From Eledone cirrhosa (lineage: Eukaryota): DNA of 64,000 bases. Location of the stretch: the NCBI GenBank assembly GCA_964016885.1, contig OZ024743.1, positions 106,950,001 to 107,014,000 of the forward strand. The letters run 5' to 3'. A program made the translations under genes and the position numbers. The notes under the pieces are model-generated. The model had not been told where the DNA came from and did no database searches. It was given only the letters and a program-made list of their open reading frames with translations. Shown here in pieces: positions 12,601-25,300 of the stretch (positions within the stretch are counted from its first letter, which is position 1; every line of letters begins with the position of its first letter).

Positions 12601-13441
12601 TCACGCATCCTGACTAGGACGTAGTCCAAAATATGCCATTCCTTAGATGCAGGATGCATCCATGTGGTCTTGAATTTGTTCTTTTGTTGGAACATGGTGT
12701 TGGTAACACACAGATCCAGCTCCTCACACATCTGCAGCAGGAGCATACCATTGTTGTTACACTTTCCCACCCCATGCCATCCGATTACATTCCATGTGTT
12801 AAAATCCCTACCCACTCTAGCATTAAAGTCACCAAGCATGATGACTTTGTCTGCCTGAGGGATATTTCTTAAAACACATTTCAAGGCATGGTAAAAGGAC
12901 ACTATTTCTTCATCGACAGAATTCATAGTTGGAGCATACACACTCACCAGGGTCGCATATCTTCCTTTGACCAACGGAATGCTCATGGACATAAGACGCT
13001 CACTAATACTTACTGGGAATTATTCTAATTTATTCACAAGAATAGTCTTAACAGCAAATCCTACCCCAGCCTCTCTTCCGGTTCCTTCATCTCTTCCTTT
13101 CCAGAAGAATGTATATTCTCCACAAAATTCTGTAAGATGAGCACCTCCAGCTAACCTCGTCTCAGATAAAGCCACGATGTCAAGATCGTAACGTCGAAGC
13201 TCCTTTGCAACAAGAGCGGTCCTTCGTTCAGGACGCTCCAAGGAATCCCGGTCAAGCAGCGTCCGTACGTTCCAGTAGCCAAGGCTAAATTCCTTGTTTG
13301 GGTCTATTACAATGGCACAATGACGAGTGGGCCAAGGCTGTGATAACTCGGGGCCCCTGCCCTTATTGCCAATTATCTCTTTTATATTGTTCTGGAACAT
13401 CATTGAATTGGAAAAAAAAAAAAAAAAGTAATACTAGTAAC

Positions 13442-13473
<32 letters not shown>

Positions 13474-13772
13474 ACTATTAATAATTATTAATGCACTCGT
13501 GCAATGCCTGTGCGTGACGAATATTTTTAAAGTGAGGAAGGACTGTGCACTGAGCCAATCCCACTCTCTGAGAGACAGTAGCTATAACCCGAAAAGAAGA
13601 AAAGATCAACATCATCGGTAACTACTGAGCCGCGGGTTTTATGTCGGAGTTAACCCGGTTTTCTGAGATGCCTTCTCCTAGAAGAATGCCCTGACAAGGG
13701 CTAGGGGTTCTTCACTCCCAGTGGTTTAACTGCGTGATCGGGCATCCAGCCCGATTATTTCTATGTCCCCGC
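9677..13772 (-). mobile_element. RTE-clade LINE (BovB/Expander-like), near full length, inactivated by stops, frameshifts and a small RT deletion
   Basis: APE: GYWNVRTLLD..RPERRTALVAKELRRYDLDIVALSETRL, YAPT, GDFNARVG, TDH. RT: NYRGISLLS, VDLTKAFD, GVKQG, LLYADD, YLGS. C-terminal C2H2 fingers (CSVCARLCLSKAGLECHLRSH). Tail (CAT)n(GTAT)n. Confidence 0.93.
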
Positions 13773-14059
13773 GCAAAAAAAACAAAAAAAAATCACTTAT
13801 TGACACTTATACGTACGACATACACACACGCGCACACATACGCGCCCACACACACGCATACATACGCGCGCACACAGCAACACTCATACATACAAACAAA
13901 CACACACACGCTACTCACTTACACACACATATATATATGTATATATATATATATATATATATTACCGTCATTACTGATACAAGATTACAAGATTATGTCA
14001 ACTGTTGACTTTCAAGAGTTTGTATAGTTGAAGCCGTTCGTATTACAGTCCAGTATTAT

Positions 14060-14215
14060 TATAATTGCTTTACAGCATAGAGCTATGGCTCTCCACGCTC
14101 TGAGCTTAAATCCCGCAGAGGTCAACCTTGCCCTTCATCCCCACGGAGTCAACAAAAGAGAGTGCCAGTAATGCGCTGGACCAGTCACTGGATCCATGCC
14201 AAAAGCAGAAAAATT
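14060..14215 (+). mobile_element. Degenerate tRNA-derived SINE
   Basis: B-box-like ctgagcttaaatcc plus gaggtcaaccttgcccttcatcc core. Confidence 0.6.
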
Positions 14216-15066
14216 ATTATTATTAAAGTTGTTTTCTTAAGGCCCGGTCGCTGGTGATGGTGATGGCGGCGGCGGTGGTGGTGGTGGTGGTGGTGGTGGT
14301 GGTGGTGGTGGTGGTGGTGGCAGTTGATGGTGTTGTTGTGCTGTGTGCGTGTGTGTGTGTGTTTTGTTATTGTGAGTTTTGTTGTTTGTTTGTGGGGGGT
14401 TTATTTTTTTTTGGGGGGGGGGGGTTTACCGTTTGATGCCGCTGCTGTTGTTGTTGTTGTAAATGTTCATTTCAATTCATTCTGAAGCTGTTGTTGCTGT
14501 AATCATTAGTGCCGGTGTTGTAGATGTTGGGGTTGAAATCTGGTCGTTTGAATGATTGATGTATATACACACATATACATACATATATATACACACACAT
14601 TCAACACAGAGTAGAGAGTTTGACAACAGGTCGATGACTTTAGTCTAGATAGGGTAATGACATGTCATGGTGAGTAGAGAGTGTAGACGTTATGTGATGG
14701 TGGGGGACAGTGAGACGTATCTAGTTCATTTGTCCGTTTTCTTCTCTTTGCAAAATTTGAATTTTAGCCATATTATATTGCGATGTAAGTAAATGTAAAA
14801 CTTAAAATATAAATAAGGATTGCTCTGGTAAAATATACGAAAATATTTGTGTAACTTCCACAAACTTCTGTCATGATATTCCCGAGTCCAGTGACCAAAA
14901 CATTGTTGTATTTTGATGTTTCAGAATACAAAAATTAATTAAAAACTTACCCCACGAAAAGACAGCGTGTGTTGTCCTATCTGTAAGCTCCCTAACATAC
15001 ATACATACATACATACATACATACATACATACATACATACATACATACATACATACATACATACAT

Positions 15067-16418
15067 AAGGAGAGAACCAGAACAAAATACCTCAGAAGAG
15101 TAAAGAAAATATGGTCATCAGAACTGTCAGCGTACAACAAATACATTGCCCACAATACTTATGGCGTGCCAATTCTAACGCCAACATTTGGCCTGCTGAA
15201 CTGGTCATTGCAAGAACTAAGTGAGATGGATGTTAGAACTCGCAAACTTCTCAGTGTTACTGGGAACTTTAACATCAATGGTGATGTGGATAGGCTATAC
15301 TTCTCACGCAAGGAAGGTGGCCGGGGTCTAAAATCCATATTAACATCATATGAGACCTGGATAGTAACACTGAATCAACACCTTCAACAGAGGAAAAAGG
15401 TTGGCAACCATCTTGCCCAGGTTTATGAGCATGAACAAAATATATCATTAGAATAGCCACTGATCTGGGGGAGAGATATGGAATAAAGCCTAATATAAAT
15501 CTCTCACCCAGAGAAATCGGAAGATCCTATTCAATGTTCAAACAAGATGAAAAAATTGAACAATTTACAGAAAAAGTTGTGCATGGATACTTGAGACGTA
15601 AAACACAGACCATAGAGGGAATAAACCACTCAAAAAGCCTGGCATGCAGTTCCGACAAGTTTATGACATCACACCTTGAGGGATATCACTATGCAATGCA
15701 GGAACAAGAACTCCCTACCAAATATCTGCTGCAAAAAAGGGGAGGGCCATCAGCTGACAATAAATGTAGGCTATGTAAAACAAAGATCGAGGATGTAAGC
15801 CGCATTGTTGCCAGCTGCGAAAGAATGTCATCTTGCTACTACCTCCCCATGAGACACCATGGGATAGCTAGAACCATCTGGAACGCACTTCGGAAAAACA
15901 AAATTAACAACAAACAAGGAAGAATATATTGAGACAGATGGCACTAAGAAATACTGGTGGAACATGAAAATAAAAACTGCCACCAAATTAAAGCATGACC
16001 GGCCTGATATTGTTCTTTGGGACCACACATTGAAAACGTGTTCTGTTGTGGAAATCAGCTGCCCACCTGATGTAAACGTTGTCAGAAAAATACATAAGAA
16101 GGAGGACATCTACAGACCATTGATGAGGAGTTTACAAATCCAGTATCCAAGATACACCTTTAGCTTCATATCCTTCATTATTGGAGCTACGGGTTATATA
16201 CCAATCCGCTTGGACCAAAGTATGACTGAACTTGGATTTTCGGACAAAGAGGGCAGCTCCCTAATTCATAGTCTACAAATGGCTGCGATAGCTGGCACCT
16301 TCAAAATTTGCAAAACATTCTTGCGATTCAAGGAATGACAATTTCTTTTCTTTTACAACCTTGCCACCAGGAAGGTGGCCGGTCAAAAAAATATACTCGA
16401 AATTAAGAGAAAGAGATA
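15067..16418 (+). mobile_element. Dong/R4-type RLE non-LTR retrotransposon, 5'-truncated, embedded in (CATA)n
   Basis: DRLYFSRKEGGRGL, AMQEQEL, CRLC..C zinc knuckle, RH, YWWN, HDRPDIVLW, VEISCP.D, K..Y. Abuts (ATAC)n at 14996-15066 and acatacatac at ~16420. Confidence 0.88.
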
Positions 16419-17125
16419 ACATACATACAGACAGACATATTGATATCAGAATATTGTAAACCCTGTTTCTGTATACAATCCATATTTGGGAGGAGATTAT
16501 TGCAGGAAATCGCCTTGATGTTGACAGTAGATTCAGCAGTCAGAACATGAGACATATTTGTATAATTATAACAATTTTGGCTTTGGTCATAATTATCGAA
16601 AGTACCGATCATATAGAGTAAACTCCCTCATATTTTAAATTTAGCATATTCTTTGATTCATACATGTTTATCTAACTTTTCTTGAAATTATATCTCATTT
16701 TCTTTTCCGCATATTTAACTTCTAATTTATACCTTATGCTTCGTAATATATACTCAGCGATCTTAGTTCTCTTACTCTAATCACTCGGCAGTTCCTCTCT
16801 TTTAATTGAATTTCTAGACCGATTCTTGTTATTTCTTACTTGAAGCAGACTACATCCGCCCGGAACACATATTGGAAGCATCATACTTACGTCAGGATTC
16901 CAAGAATGTAGTGGAATATAGTAACTTTAGGTCTAGTGCTAATTATATTTGCCATTTCAAATATATTCTCTACCTTATTACTTTTGTTGAACTAGGGCAT
17001 GGAAAACCGTGTCGGCGCAACAATAAAGAACAAGTTAAGTGCGAGTCTACATTGGTTTGACCGTTCACATCCTTCCAAATTCGGCGCCTCTTCTCTTATT
17101 ACAATATATTTAAAAGTATCATAAT

Positions 17126-17203
<78 letters not shown>

Positions 17204-17302
17204 CAGGAGCAGCAGCAGTAGCAGCAGTAGTAGTAGTTTAGGTTGTTCCGTTAACACTTTTGATTAAAACTACCTCAAATTTTATGTTCCACCACCATCT
17301 TA

Positions 17303-17525
17303 ATAATGATTTTTTAGTATAGGCACAAGGCCAGCAATTTGGAAGGAGGGGGAAAGGCGATTAAATCGACTCCAGTACGTTACAGGTGCTTTATTTTATC
17401 GAGCCCGTAAGGATGAAAGGCAAAGTTAACATTGGCTGGATGTTAATTCAAACCGTAAAGGACTGTAACTCTATGCTGCAAAGCATGGTATCCGACTCCC
17501 TACCGATACTGGCAATCCACCGCCC
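17303..17525 (-). mobile_element. tRNA-derived SINE (long-tail subfamily, Nin/Deu-like core) with TSD caccaccatct
   Basis: A/B boxes and gcctttcatccttacgg..cgataaaataaag core on the minus strand; flanking direct repeat. Confidence 0.85.
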
Positions 17526-17624
17526 TCACCACCATCTAAACTATAATAAAGGAAGGTCTACGGGAGTGCGTACGGTTTGTTTTTTTTATCCCGTTTGTAA
17601 AATAAGTTGGATTACTTTGAATAA

Positions 17625-17808
17625 ATAATTGTTTCTACGTTAGGCACAAGGCCAGCAATTATCCAGTGCATTACTGGTACTTTATTTTATCGACCCCGTA
17701 AGGATGAAAGGCAAAGTCAACCTCGGCGGGATTTGAACTCAGATCGTAAAGGGACGTAACTATGCTGGAAAGCATGGCGTCCGACCCTCTACCGATACTG
17801 TCAATCCA
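17625..17808 (-). mobile_element. tRNA-derived SINE (short-tail subfamily) with TSD ttgaataaataat
   Basis: Near-identical to the 53433-53620 copy; flanking direct repeat. Confidence 0.9.
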
Positions 17809-18593
17809 TTGAATAAATAATGAATGAATATTACATAATTTATCTACTCAATTTCGTAAACAAAAATAATTTCGTAAAAATAAATAATTTCAAATTGACT
17901 TCTTTTCAAGTTTTTGCACTTCCGGTATATCGTGGCCACCACCACCACTTCAACTACCGTATATATAGAAAGAGAGAGTTTGTAATGAGAGAGATAGAGA
18001 AATTATGATTTTCTACACCTGACGCGTATGATTGTGCATACATACATCCATATGTATGAGTATATAACTATAATCGCGCAAACACAAACTTATAAAAATA
18101 CACTGTCACGGACATAATTCACACAAATACACATACTTTCACACATATATACATACATTCACACAAATATACATACATACACGATAGCTAATAAACTTGA
18201 AACTAGTACATCGTTCCTGTGTCAGTGTTGAACAAAAAGGTGACGTGGTTGCCTAAACACTGTACGGCGTAATTCTGGCTGTTTGTTTGTTTACAAACAA
18301 ACAAACCGAGCATTATAATAAATGTTCGGGAAACCGATACGTGCATATATATATATTTGCATGCATGTATGTATATATATATACATACTACTGTACGTCT
18401 GTATACTTATATGTATGTACGTATACTTACATACATACTTACATTTAAGTAAGTGCGGTACTAAGAGTAAGAAATGAAATTTCGTTTCATTCTATTCCAT
18501 TTATCGTTTTCGGTGTGCCCGACCGACTGAACTCACTCGATATGCAAATTAGGCTGCTCTCAACCGTTAATATGCATAAGGAAAGTATATACT

Positions 18594-21340
18594 TTCAGAC
18601 GTCATGTATGAATATGCAAATGAATGTGTATATAATTGAAAAAACAACCGTTTATTTAAATGACGCTGGAGAGAGATAGGGAAGAGTGAGAGAAAAAAAT
18701 ATTAATATTATGAGATAGAAAGAGAGATGAAATTTACAAGAGGATCAATAGAACTCATGTAACGTAAATAAGTTTTAAGTTTATATCTACTAATGGTACG
18801 TATATTTACTATTATTACGTTGTTAGAATTCATTTCTAATATAATATAATATTTACTATTATAAGTAGATAGAAAAAATAGATATATAAAAAATAAATAT
18901 ATATAAAAAATGTGTTGAAAAATAAGTTGAAAATAAAATAGATAGAAAGATAGATATATAGAAGAATCAATAGATAGAAAAATAGATAGATATAAAATAG
19001 ATATATGAATGGATATATGGGTATATCTTGTTATATATAATTGTTTTAATGAATTATGAAGGATATTGGTTTGTGTTTATTGTAAGTAATTAAGTTAACT
19101 GAGTTAATGAGAATATTTATATATTTTAAATGTTTTAAATTGGGAAGATACGGAAAAAAACACGTTTGTTTGTTTATTAGTTAGTATGAGACCATTTTGT
19201 CAAAGATATAAATGTTGAAAGATATATTTAGCCTCAATTAGTTATTGGTTATAAATCTAATAAAAGATATTAAAAAATGTTTATTAAAAAATATTTAAAA
19301 TATTAAAAATTCTGGAAAATTATCGGAACATACTTTAAAAAATGCTTTAAAAAATATTTTAAAAACATTTAAAAAACATTTTTAAAATATTTAAAAAATA
19401 CTTTAAAAATACTTTAAAAATATGAAAAATATTAAAAAAAACATTTTAAAAATATTTTTAAAATTCTTAAAAAAATCTTTAAAAGGGATTTAAAAGATTT
19501 TTTTTTTAATTTATAAAAAAAGAAAAAAAAATTTTTTTAAAAACATTAAAAGTTATTAAAAATTATTTTATAGGAGATAAGTAGATTTTAAAAAAAAGAA
19601 AATAATAAGTAATTTTTTTTTAAATAAGTAATTTTTTAAAATAAGTAAATTTTAAATATAGGAAATATTTTGGAAGTAAAAAATATTTTGGAAGTAGAAA
19701 ATACTAAATAATGAAAAGGAAGATTTAAGAAGTAAAAATAAAAATAAAAAATAAAGAATTAAAAAACCTTAAAATATTAAAATTAAAGTTAAAATTAAAA
19801 ATTAAAATTTAAAAATATTAGGATCCTGTATGTATATAATTTAAGAAATTTTAATAAAATTAAAGAAGTGAAAATATAGCAAATATTATAAGTGTAATTA
19901 AAATGTATATATAGTTCTAAATGTTGAATTTAGGCGATGTTTGCAAGAACTAAATAAATTCGTACGTATATTAATAGAGTTCTTACATTTAAGTATGAAA
20001 AAAATTTCCTCAACACAAAATTTGCAAAATCTAGATAAAGCTGTGTTTCGGTAGGCTTTTGTAATTATTTCCCAAGTTAAAGAATAGTCCATATTTTTTG
20101 GATTTTAAGTTCCATATTAGGTTTGATAGAGAAGTTGAATATTTTTTACCAATATTATTAAACGAGCATTTGTGATTATTAAAACGAGTTTTAAAGTCAG
20201 TAGAAGTTGAACCTACATAGTTAAATATATTATCACTGGTTTTGACTGTGCATTTATAGACCACATCCTTATATAAGCACTTATTTTTTAAAGGACAGTT
20301 CTACAATTACATTTAGCGGAGTTGATGTTATTCGGAACAGTATTATTATGTTGGATATTGCTAGATATATTACTGCTATTTTGGTTATGGTTTAGATTTC
20401 TATTATTGATTCCATTTATTGTTTGTGATAGGTTCGTAGTAGTATAGTAAGATAGTTTTATTGTATGTCTGTTAAAGATTGATTGGTATCTATGGGCTTT
20501 AGGAAAACATTTATCTAGAGCTTTAAAGAATAGTTTAGCTAAAGGTGTTTTAACGCTTAATGAAAATGGAGGTGAATACCAAATTATATTTCTAGTTCTA
20601 TTTCTTCTCTTAGTTTTAGAGTTTAAGTTAGGTTTTTTATTGTAATTTTATTGTAATAGTAGGGTTATTTCCCTTATCACTGTTGTCGATGTATTTAATC
20701 TTATTTATATAGCCTGCTCTATTTAAAGCTTCATTATAATATTCTGCCTCATCGTTAAAAATGTTTTTATTAGCGGAGATTCGAAAAATACGTTGTTGTA
20801 TAGAATTAACAATAGTGTTCTCAATAGATCTAGGATCATTCGAGTTGAAGCTTACATAGTTTAAATTCTCATTAATTTTATGGAATGGATAGTAGAGCCC
20901 TGTGGTAAGGTTTAATGTTACGTCTAAGAAGTTAACAATGTTATAGTTATTCTCTATTTCTAACTTAAGATTGTAGCTATTGAAAAAGTGTATTTAAATA
21001 AACGGTTGTTTTTTCAATTATTTACACATTCATTTGCATATTCATACATAACTTTGAATATTCCCTAATATGTTTCCACTATCCACCGAATTTCCGACCG
21101 ATAAGGTTGAATCTTCATGGGTACGTATTTATTTATAAAACAAACTTTGTATTTTATCTGATGAAAGAGCACCAGTGTTGGCTTGGTTGCCCTTGAAATA
21201 TATATATATAATAAAATAAATATAGTTTTATAAATATAGTTTCCATTTATTTAATATCATTGAATATTTACTCCAGTATCTGTTGAGTGCTCTAAATCAG
21301 TTATAAACATTTATGTTTGTCGGAATTCCGACAAATTAAA
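18594..21340 (-). mobile_element. Penelope-like element, probably Hydra clade, 5'-truncated, with an inverted pLTR segment and a very AT-rich 3' region
   Basis: Minus frames ~19900-20990: VNFLDVTLNL, RNIIWYSPPFS, IFNRHTIKLSY, CNCR/CPLKNKC, VVYKC..YVGSTSTDFKTRFNNH, CKFCVEE. 18594-18661 is the inverted copy of 20992-21058. The clade is assigned from recalled Cys motifs only. Confidence 0.8.
21150..21218 (+). ncRNA. Type I hammerhead ribozyme with a (TA)n helix III, predicted cleavage after A21210
   Basis: tattttat CTGATGA aagagcacc..ggttgccctt GAAA tatatatata TA ataaaata: perfect 8-bp helix I, long helix II, intact core. Confidence 0.85.
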
Positions 21341-21349
21341 TACAACTTC

Positions 21350-21440
<91 letters not shown>

Positions 21441-21443
<3 letters not shown>

Positions 21444-22168
21444 TGTAAGCTTAGTAAAATCGAAGCTTTGGCTGTGGGCAAGCAAAGTCGACCTACAATA
21501 GGAATGAGTTAGCAAAGCACTCAATAAGGGGAGGTCCTGAGAGTAATAACATACGTTTAAATAGCTTGACAAACTGAACATTGCGGTAGGCTAAACCCAA
21601 CCACACAATACCAAAGTAACGAAAGAACTAACAGATTAAAAGATACACCTGGACAAATCAAACGATATACGTCTAAAGTGTTTCTATGAATCCGATATCA
21701 TTTATCCAACTTACGTAACACGCACGCTCGTGGTATTCTATGATCAAACAGAGGATTAATTTCATCAACAGGGATTCCGTTCTGCCTCAAAGCGGTGTGA
21801 ACAAACAAAATGCGGCCGCTAAGAATGCAGCCAGCGAACACTTCCTTATCACGTGTTATTTCCAACAAAGAAAGCCACCCCCGCATTTTGGCGGGTAAAT
21901 TACAAAATGTTAACAAGGGAAATATTATAATTTCCGCTCAAACATTCCGAATAAAAGCTCTCGACCGGATGTTATTAAACAAATACAAATAATTAACCAA
22001 TCAACAGAATTATCTAATAAAATTATTTAGTTAATTATTAAATCTAGGAGGAAATAATACAAGTGGAAGCTTAGTAAATTCGAAGCTTTGGCTGTGGGCA
22101 AGCAAAGTCGACCTACAATAGGAATGAGTTAGCAAAGCACTCTATAAGGGTAGGTCCTTAGAGTAATA
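21441..22168 (+). repeat. ~108-bp direct repeat (21441-21548 and 22061-22168) in the Helitron 5' region
   Basis: aagcttagtaaa.tcgaagctttggctgtgggcaagcaaagtcgacc... occurs twice, 620 bp apart. Confidence 0.85.
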
Positions 22169-22399
22169 TATATACATATATATTGTTTTGATACGCGGTA
22201 CATTTATCATCTAAATCCCAAAGCATGGCAGCAGACGCACAACGACAAAGAGAGAAAAGGGCAAATCAATCAAACAATAATCGTTCTACAACATCCCAAC
22301 AAATTTCTACAAATGTAATTCAGTTAACACACCAACAATAACTTGCAACAAATATACCAAACGTTAAGAGAAGTAGGAACAGGTCAATTGAAGGTCTGG

Positions 22400-25300
22400 C
22401 AAAGTATACTACATATGATCTTTCCAAGAGCAAACTGTTTTTTCCTTAATGCCACAACATAATGCAGGGAGTCTCTTAGCCTATGTTTGTCCGCACCGCA
22501 AAACTTATCGCTGGCCACATGAACCCAAATCTCTGTGCTGCTTCCAGGGAAAAGTGAAACTCCCTCAACTTCCTCCTCCTCCACCAAATATACTGAAATA
22601 TTTCGATATCAGTCAAGCAGGAAATTCATTTCTCCATAAGATACGAGCATAAAACAATGTGCTCGTCTTAGCTTCAATTGGTTGCAAAGAGATTAAAGCA
22701 CCAGGATTTAATACCACATTTAAGATCCAAGGTAAGATTTGTCATATTACTGGATCACTACTTCCAAGTTATGCTTCACCCAAGTATGCGCAGCTTCACT
22801 TCTATGATACAGATCATGAGCTTCAGAATCGCTTGCAGCATGCTAATTTAGATGTTGCTGTCCTGCAGGACCTGCAAGAGGCCTTGCACTACTGCAACAC
22901 CTATATTAAAAGCTTCAAGTCAGTCATTGAAATGCCAGTCTCTGAAAATGTGAATATTGTCCTACATGCTGACAAAGTAAAACCCACTGATTTTCATTGT
23001 CGCACATACAATCTTCCCATGGCATCTGAGATTGCTGTTATTAAACCTGATACAGCATTAGGTCTTTTGGATGTCATCATTCATAAAAGAGATGGTGGTC
23101 TTCAGAGGATTCATCAGTTGCACCGTTCTTATAATTCTCTGCATTATGTGCTACTGTTTCCTTGGGGAATGATGAGTTTCAGGTTGGTTTGAAAAGGATT
23201 GACAAACAACCACACACTCACACCCACTGATTTCTACTGTTATCGGATTCAAGTTAGGCAAAGTGACTGTAACATTATCATGAAGAGCAGGCGGCTGATG
23301 CAGCAATATGCTGTAGATGCCCAGGCTAAAATAGGACATTGTCTCCTCAAATGGGCCCGCAACAATCAAACCATGATACGAGCTGAAAAGTATGATTGTT
23401 TGTATGATGCTGTGGCTGAAGGAGATTCAGTAAATGCAGGCCGGAGAAATGTTCTCCCTCCTTCAATCTATGGTTCACCTCGCTTCTAGAGTGACTGCTT
23501 TCAGAATTTGATGACTGTGGTTCGACACAGAGGAAAGCTATCTTATTTCATCACGGTAACAACTAACCGTAACTGGGATGAAATGAAAAATAGTTTGCAC
23601 CCTGGTGAAGAACATAGAGACCGTCCTGATATTTGTGCAAGAGTCTTCAAGATCAAGTATGACAGCCTCATGGATGACATACTGAAGAAATATGTCCTAG
23701 GAAAAGTTGTGGTTCATTCTGCTACAATAGAGTGGCAGAAACGAGGCCTCACTCATGCTCATATTCTGCTGATAATGGCTGAAGACAGCAAACCCTAAAC
23801 TGCTGATGCCATTGATCAGGTAGTGTACTGTGAGATTCCTGATAAACAGACCAATCCAGTTCTGCATAAGATCATCACACCCTGCAACATTCATGGCCCA
23901 TGTGGACAAGCTAATATGATGTGCCCATGTATAGAAGGGCTAGGACAACAACGCAATTACTCAAAAAGTTATCCCAAGTCATTCAGACAAACCACATTTG
24001 TTGCCGAAAATTCCTTTCCGGAGTATAGAATAAGGGATAGACAGCATGGTGTCACACCCATACAATCCAACGTAAAGATCAAGAATTTACTGTTGATAAT
24101 CGTTGGATTGTTCCATACAAACCTTTCCTCTCATTGAGATATCAGTGCCACATCATTTGTGAGGTTGTCCACAGTGTCAAGTCTGTTAAGTACTTATATA
24201 AGTACATCACGAAAGGATCAGACAAGATCACTTTCACTATTAAGGATGATCAAGGAAATTGTGTCCATGCCCAAAATCAGATTGAGACCTATATAAATGC
24301 ACGGTACATCTCAGCCAGTGAAGCATTCTGGAGAATCTATAAATTTCCATTACATCATCGAAAACCGCCAGTTGAAAAGTTGCCTTGCCATTTACCTGGA
24401 GAACAAATGGTCATGTATGAGCGAGGGCAGGAAGAAAGTGTTGTTTCTATGGGACAGCCAATGACTAAGTTGACGGAATATTGTCAACTGTATATTAGAG
24501 ATTTACTGGCACATAACATATTGTATATTGATATTCCTAAATATTTCACTTTGACAAACAAAAGTGGCAAAGAAAAAAAAGTGACATATGGGTGGTGATC
24601 AACAATTTATGAGTGAATCTCTTGGACGCATTCCAACAGTATCTCTCAGTAGATATCAATCTGAATTACATTACCTCAGAATGATCCTAGATCACAAGGC
24701 TGGGTGAACTTCATACAAAGAATTGAGGACAATTGAAGGAGTTGAATTGCTAACATTCCAAGAAGCATGCAGGAAACTTGGTCTGCTAGATGAAGATGAA
24801 GAAAAAGACAAAGGTATGGAAGAGGCCTCATCCATTACGCTTGGTCCTCAGCTGCGAGAAATCTGCACCATTTTATTGTACTGCATGCCAAATGACCCTC
24901 AGCAGTTCTGGGAGAAATGGAAGAATTGTCTTGCAGAGGATATCATGCATGAACGTCGTGAGCAAGTCATGTCCATGCAAAACGTCCAGATTGGTCTACA
25001 GAAGAACCAACAAAGACTTCAACATGATGGGTTGGACATTCATGCTAACTATGGACTTCCTCGGCCAGACCCAACTATTGTTGCCATACCAGAAATCAAC
25101 AGGGTTCTTATGGCAGAAACTGATTTCAATACACACCAACTGCAAGCAAACATAAATGAACTTCTGCCAACATTGAATCCTGAGCAACTGGTTATTTTTC
25201 GCAAAGTAATCACCTCGGTAAATGAAAATGAAGGCAGAATTTTCTGCTTGAATGCAAGTGCAGGTACAGGAAAGACCTATGTCATAAACATCCTATTGGA

